From assembly GCA_951406725.2 (NCBI GenBank), contig OX597817.1, positions 104,842,001 to 104,906,000 of the forward strand: a DNA stretch of 64,000 nt. The letters run 5' to 3'. The DNA is from Octopus vulgaris. Taxonomy: Eukaryota. Below, piece by piece: positions 62,579 to 64,000 of the stretch; positions within the stretch are counted from its first letter, which is position 1, and every line of letters starts with the position of its first letter. The position numbers and the translations under genes are program-made. The notes beneath the pieces are model-generated. The model saw only the letters and a list, made by a program, of their open reading frames with translations, was not told where the DNA came from and ran no database searches.

Positions 62579-62979
62579 TACATCCCAAAACCTAAATAAC
62601 AAACCCATATACACATTCACACACAAACACACACACACGCAAAACACACACACACAACAGATACATATACTCCCTCACATATACGCATATACATACTCAC
62701 TAAACTCGATATATACAACAATATTTACACACCCACACTCATACAGATAAATAAATTATACAACTAAAAACTCACACACAATCTCATATACATAAACACT
62801 CCAATGAAAAACAACATTAAATACATCGTAATTAACCAGAATATCAAAAATAACAATATGACATAAGGAGAAATAAAATACATACTTACAAGTCAGTTTC
62901 AAATTATGAAGTGAAATTAAATTCTTAGCCGTTAAAAAAATCAAACCAAAATTACGTTACCATAGAAATATAACTTATG

Positions 62980-63011
<32 letters not shown>

Positions 63012-63032
63012 TACATACATATATATATATAC

Positions 63033-63086
<54 letters not shown>

Positions 63087-63088
<2 letters not shown>

Positions 63089-63432
63089 TAGCAGTATCGC
63101 CCGGCGTTGCTCGAGTTTGTAAGGGAAATAACTATAAAGCATTTTTAGAGAGTTATAGCCAAAAAATAGAAAAAACTGGAAAAAAATTATGGTAAATTTT
63201 TTTTTGAGAGTTAAAGACAGTCTGTGGTTTGTGTTTCTGATTCTCGACCCCATGTCGAATTTATCGATTTTTTTCAGAACTGGGGGAACTTTTCAAAATT
63301 TTCGCTGCGTTAGTTTTGAATTATGACATTGGGCTATGTGTGTGTCAAGTTTCATCAGAATCGGTTGAAAGCCGTGGTTAGGGTGAGGGTACAACCTGAC
63401 AGACACACAGAAACACACACAGACAAACTGCC

Positions 63433-63437
<5 letters not shown>
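63087..63437 (+). mobile_element. Helentron/DINE-like non-autonomous element
   Basis: Starts ACTAGCAGTATCGCCCGGCGTTGCTCG and ends aagtttcatcagaatcggttga...cagacacacagacaaactgccgtttatata, inserted in TA repeats. A related start is at 58560. Confidence 0.55.
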
Positions 63438-63488
<51 letters not shown>

Positions 63489-63526
63489 TGTTGTATTTCG
63501 GAATGGTCATTTTGCCAGTTTAGCCA

Positions 63527-63561
<35 letters not shown>

Positions 63562-63834
63562 TATGTATATATACACATATGTATATATATATATATATAG
63601 ATATAGATATATGTATATAGGTATGAATTAGAGGTGTTGAAAGTCTCTAAGGGATGGTTAAATCCAAAGGTGCTCCTGGTGATGACCTGCGTAGGTACAC
63701 TCCTAGGTAAAAGGTATACAGTAGCAGGTAATTCAGCGGGTAAACTGTAGTTTAAATGATATGCAAGAAGAAAATGGAGGAAAAGTAACAGGAAGAAGTT
63801 GGCTGTTTGCACTAGTAAGCCATTAATTTAAGCA

Positions 63835-64000
63835 CAGTGATCCCTCGTTTATCGCGGTAGATTGGTTCCAAGACCGGCCATGATAACTGAATTTCCGTGA
63901 AGCAGGGACACTATATTTACAGTATTTATTTAACATGTATTTGGACTTTTAAAACCCTCCCATTACAGTAGTGTATTAAAACCCACCCATTACAGTAGTG
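63835..64000 (+). mobile_element. Tigger-like terminal inverted repeat / element end (runs off window)
   Basis: CAGTGATCCCTCGTTTATCGCGG...GGTTCCAAGACC resembles Tigger TIRs. Confidence 0.6.

Overview
AT-rich, repeat-dense animal genomic DNA. The SINE, RTE and MITE families look like those of Octopus (inference). Two convergent genes are present. On the + strand are the last two coding exons of a GLCCI1/FAM117-family gene (1334-4176). On the - strand is a complete RacGAP1/MgcRacGAP/CYK-4 gene with 19 coding exons (16982-43353, about 618 aa: coiled coil, C1 domain, RhoGAP), plus a probable non-coding first exon and promoter near 55.6-55.85 kb. The rest is transposon-derived: two decayed mariners (one split by a LINE), RTE LINEs, CR1, R4-like and Tigger fragments, tRNA-SINEs, TTAA piggyBac-type MITEs, Helentron-like elements and TA microsatellites. 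Three signals stand out. (1) A palindromic, TSD-flanked element joins a tRNA-like Pol III head to a minimal hammerhead ribozyme. (2) At least four further, sequence-unrelated minimal hammerhead motifs of the Penelope/retrozyme type occur in the window. (3) An RTE reverse transcriptase carries a C4HC3 PHD finger inserted inside the RT domain. All coordinates and alignments were read by eye.
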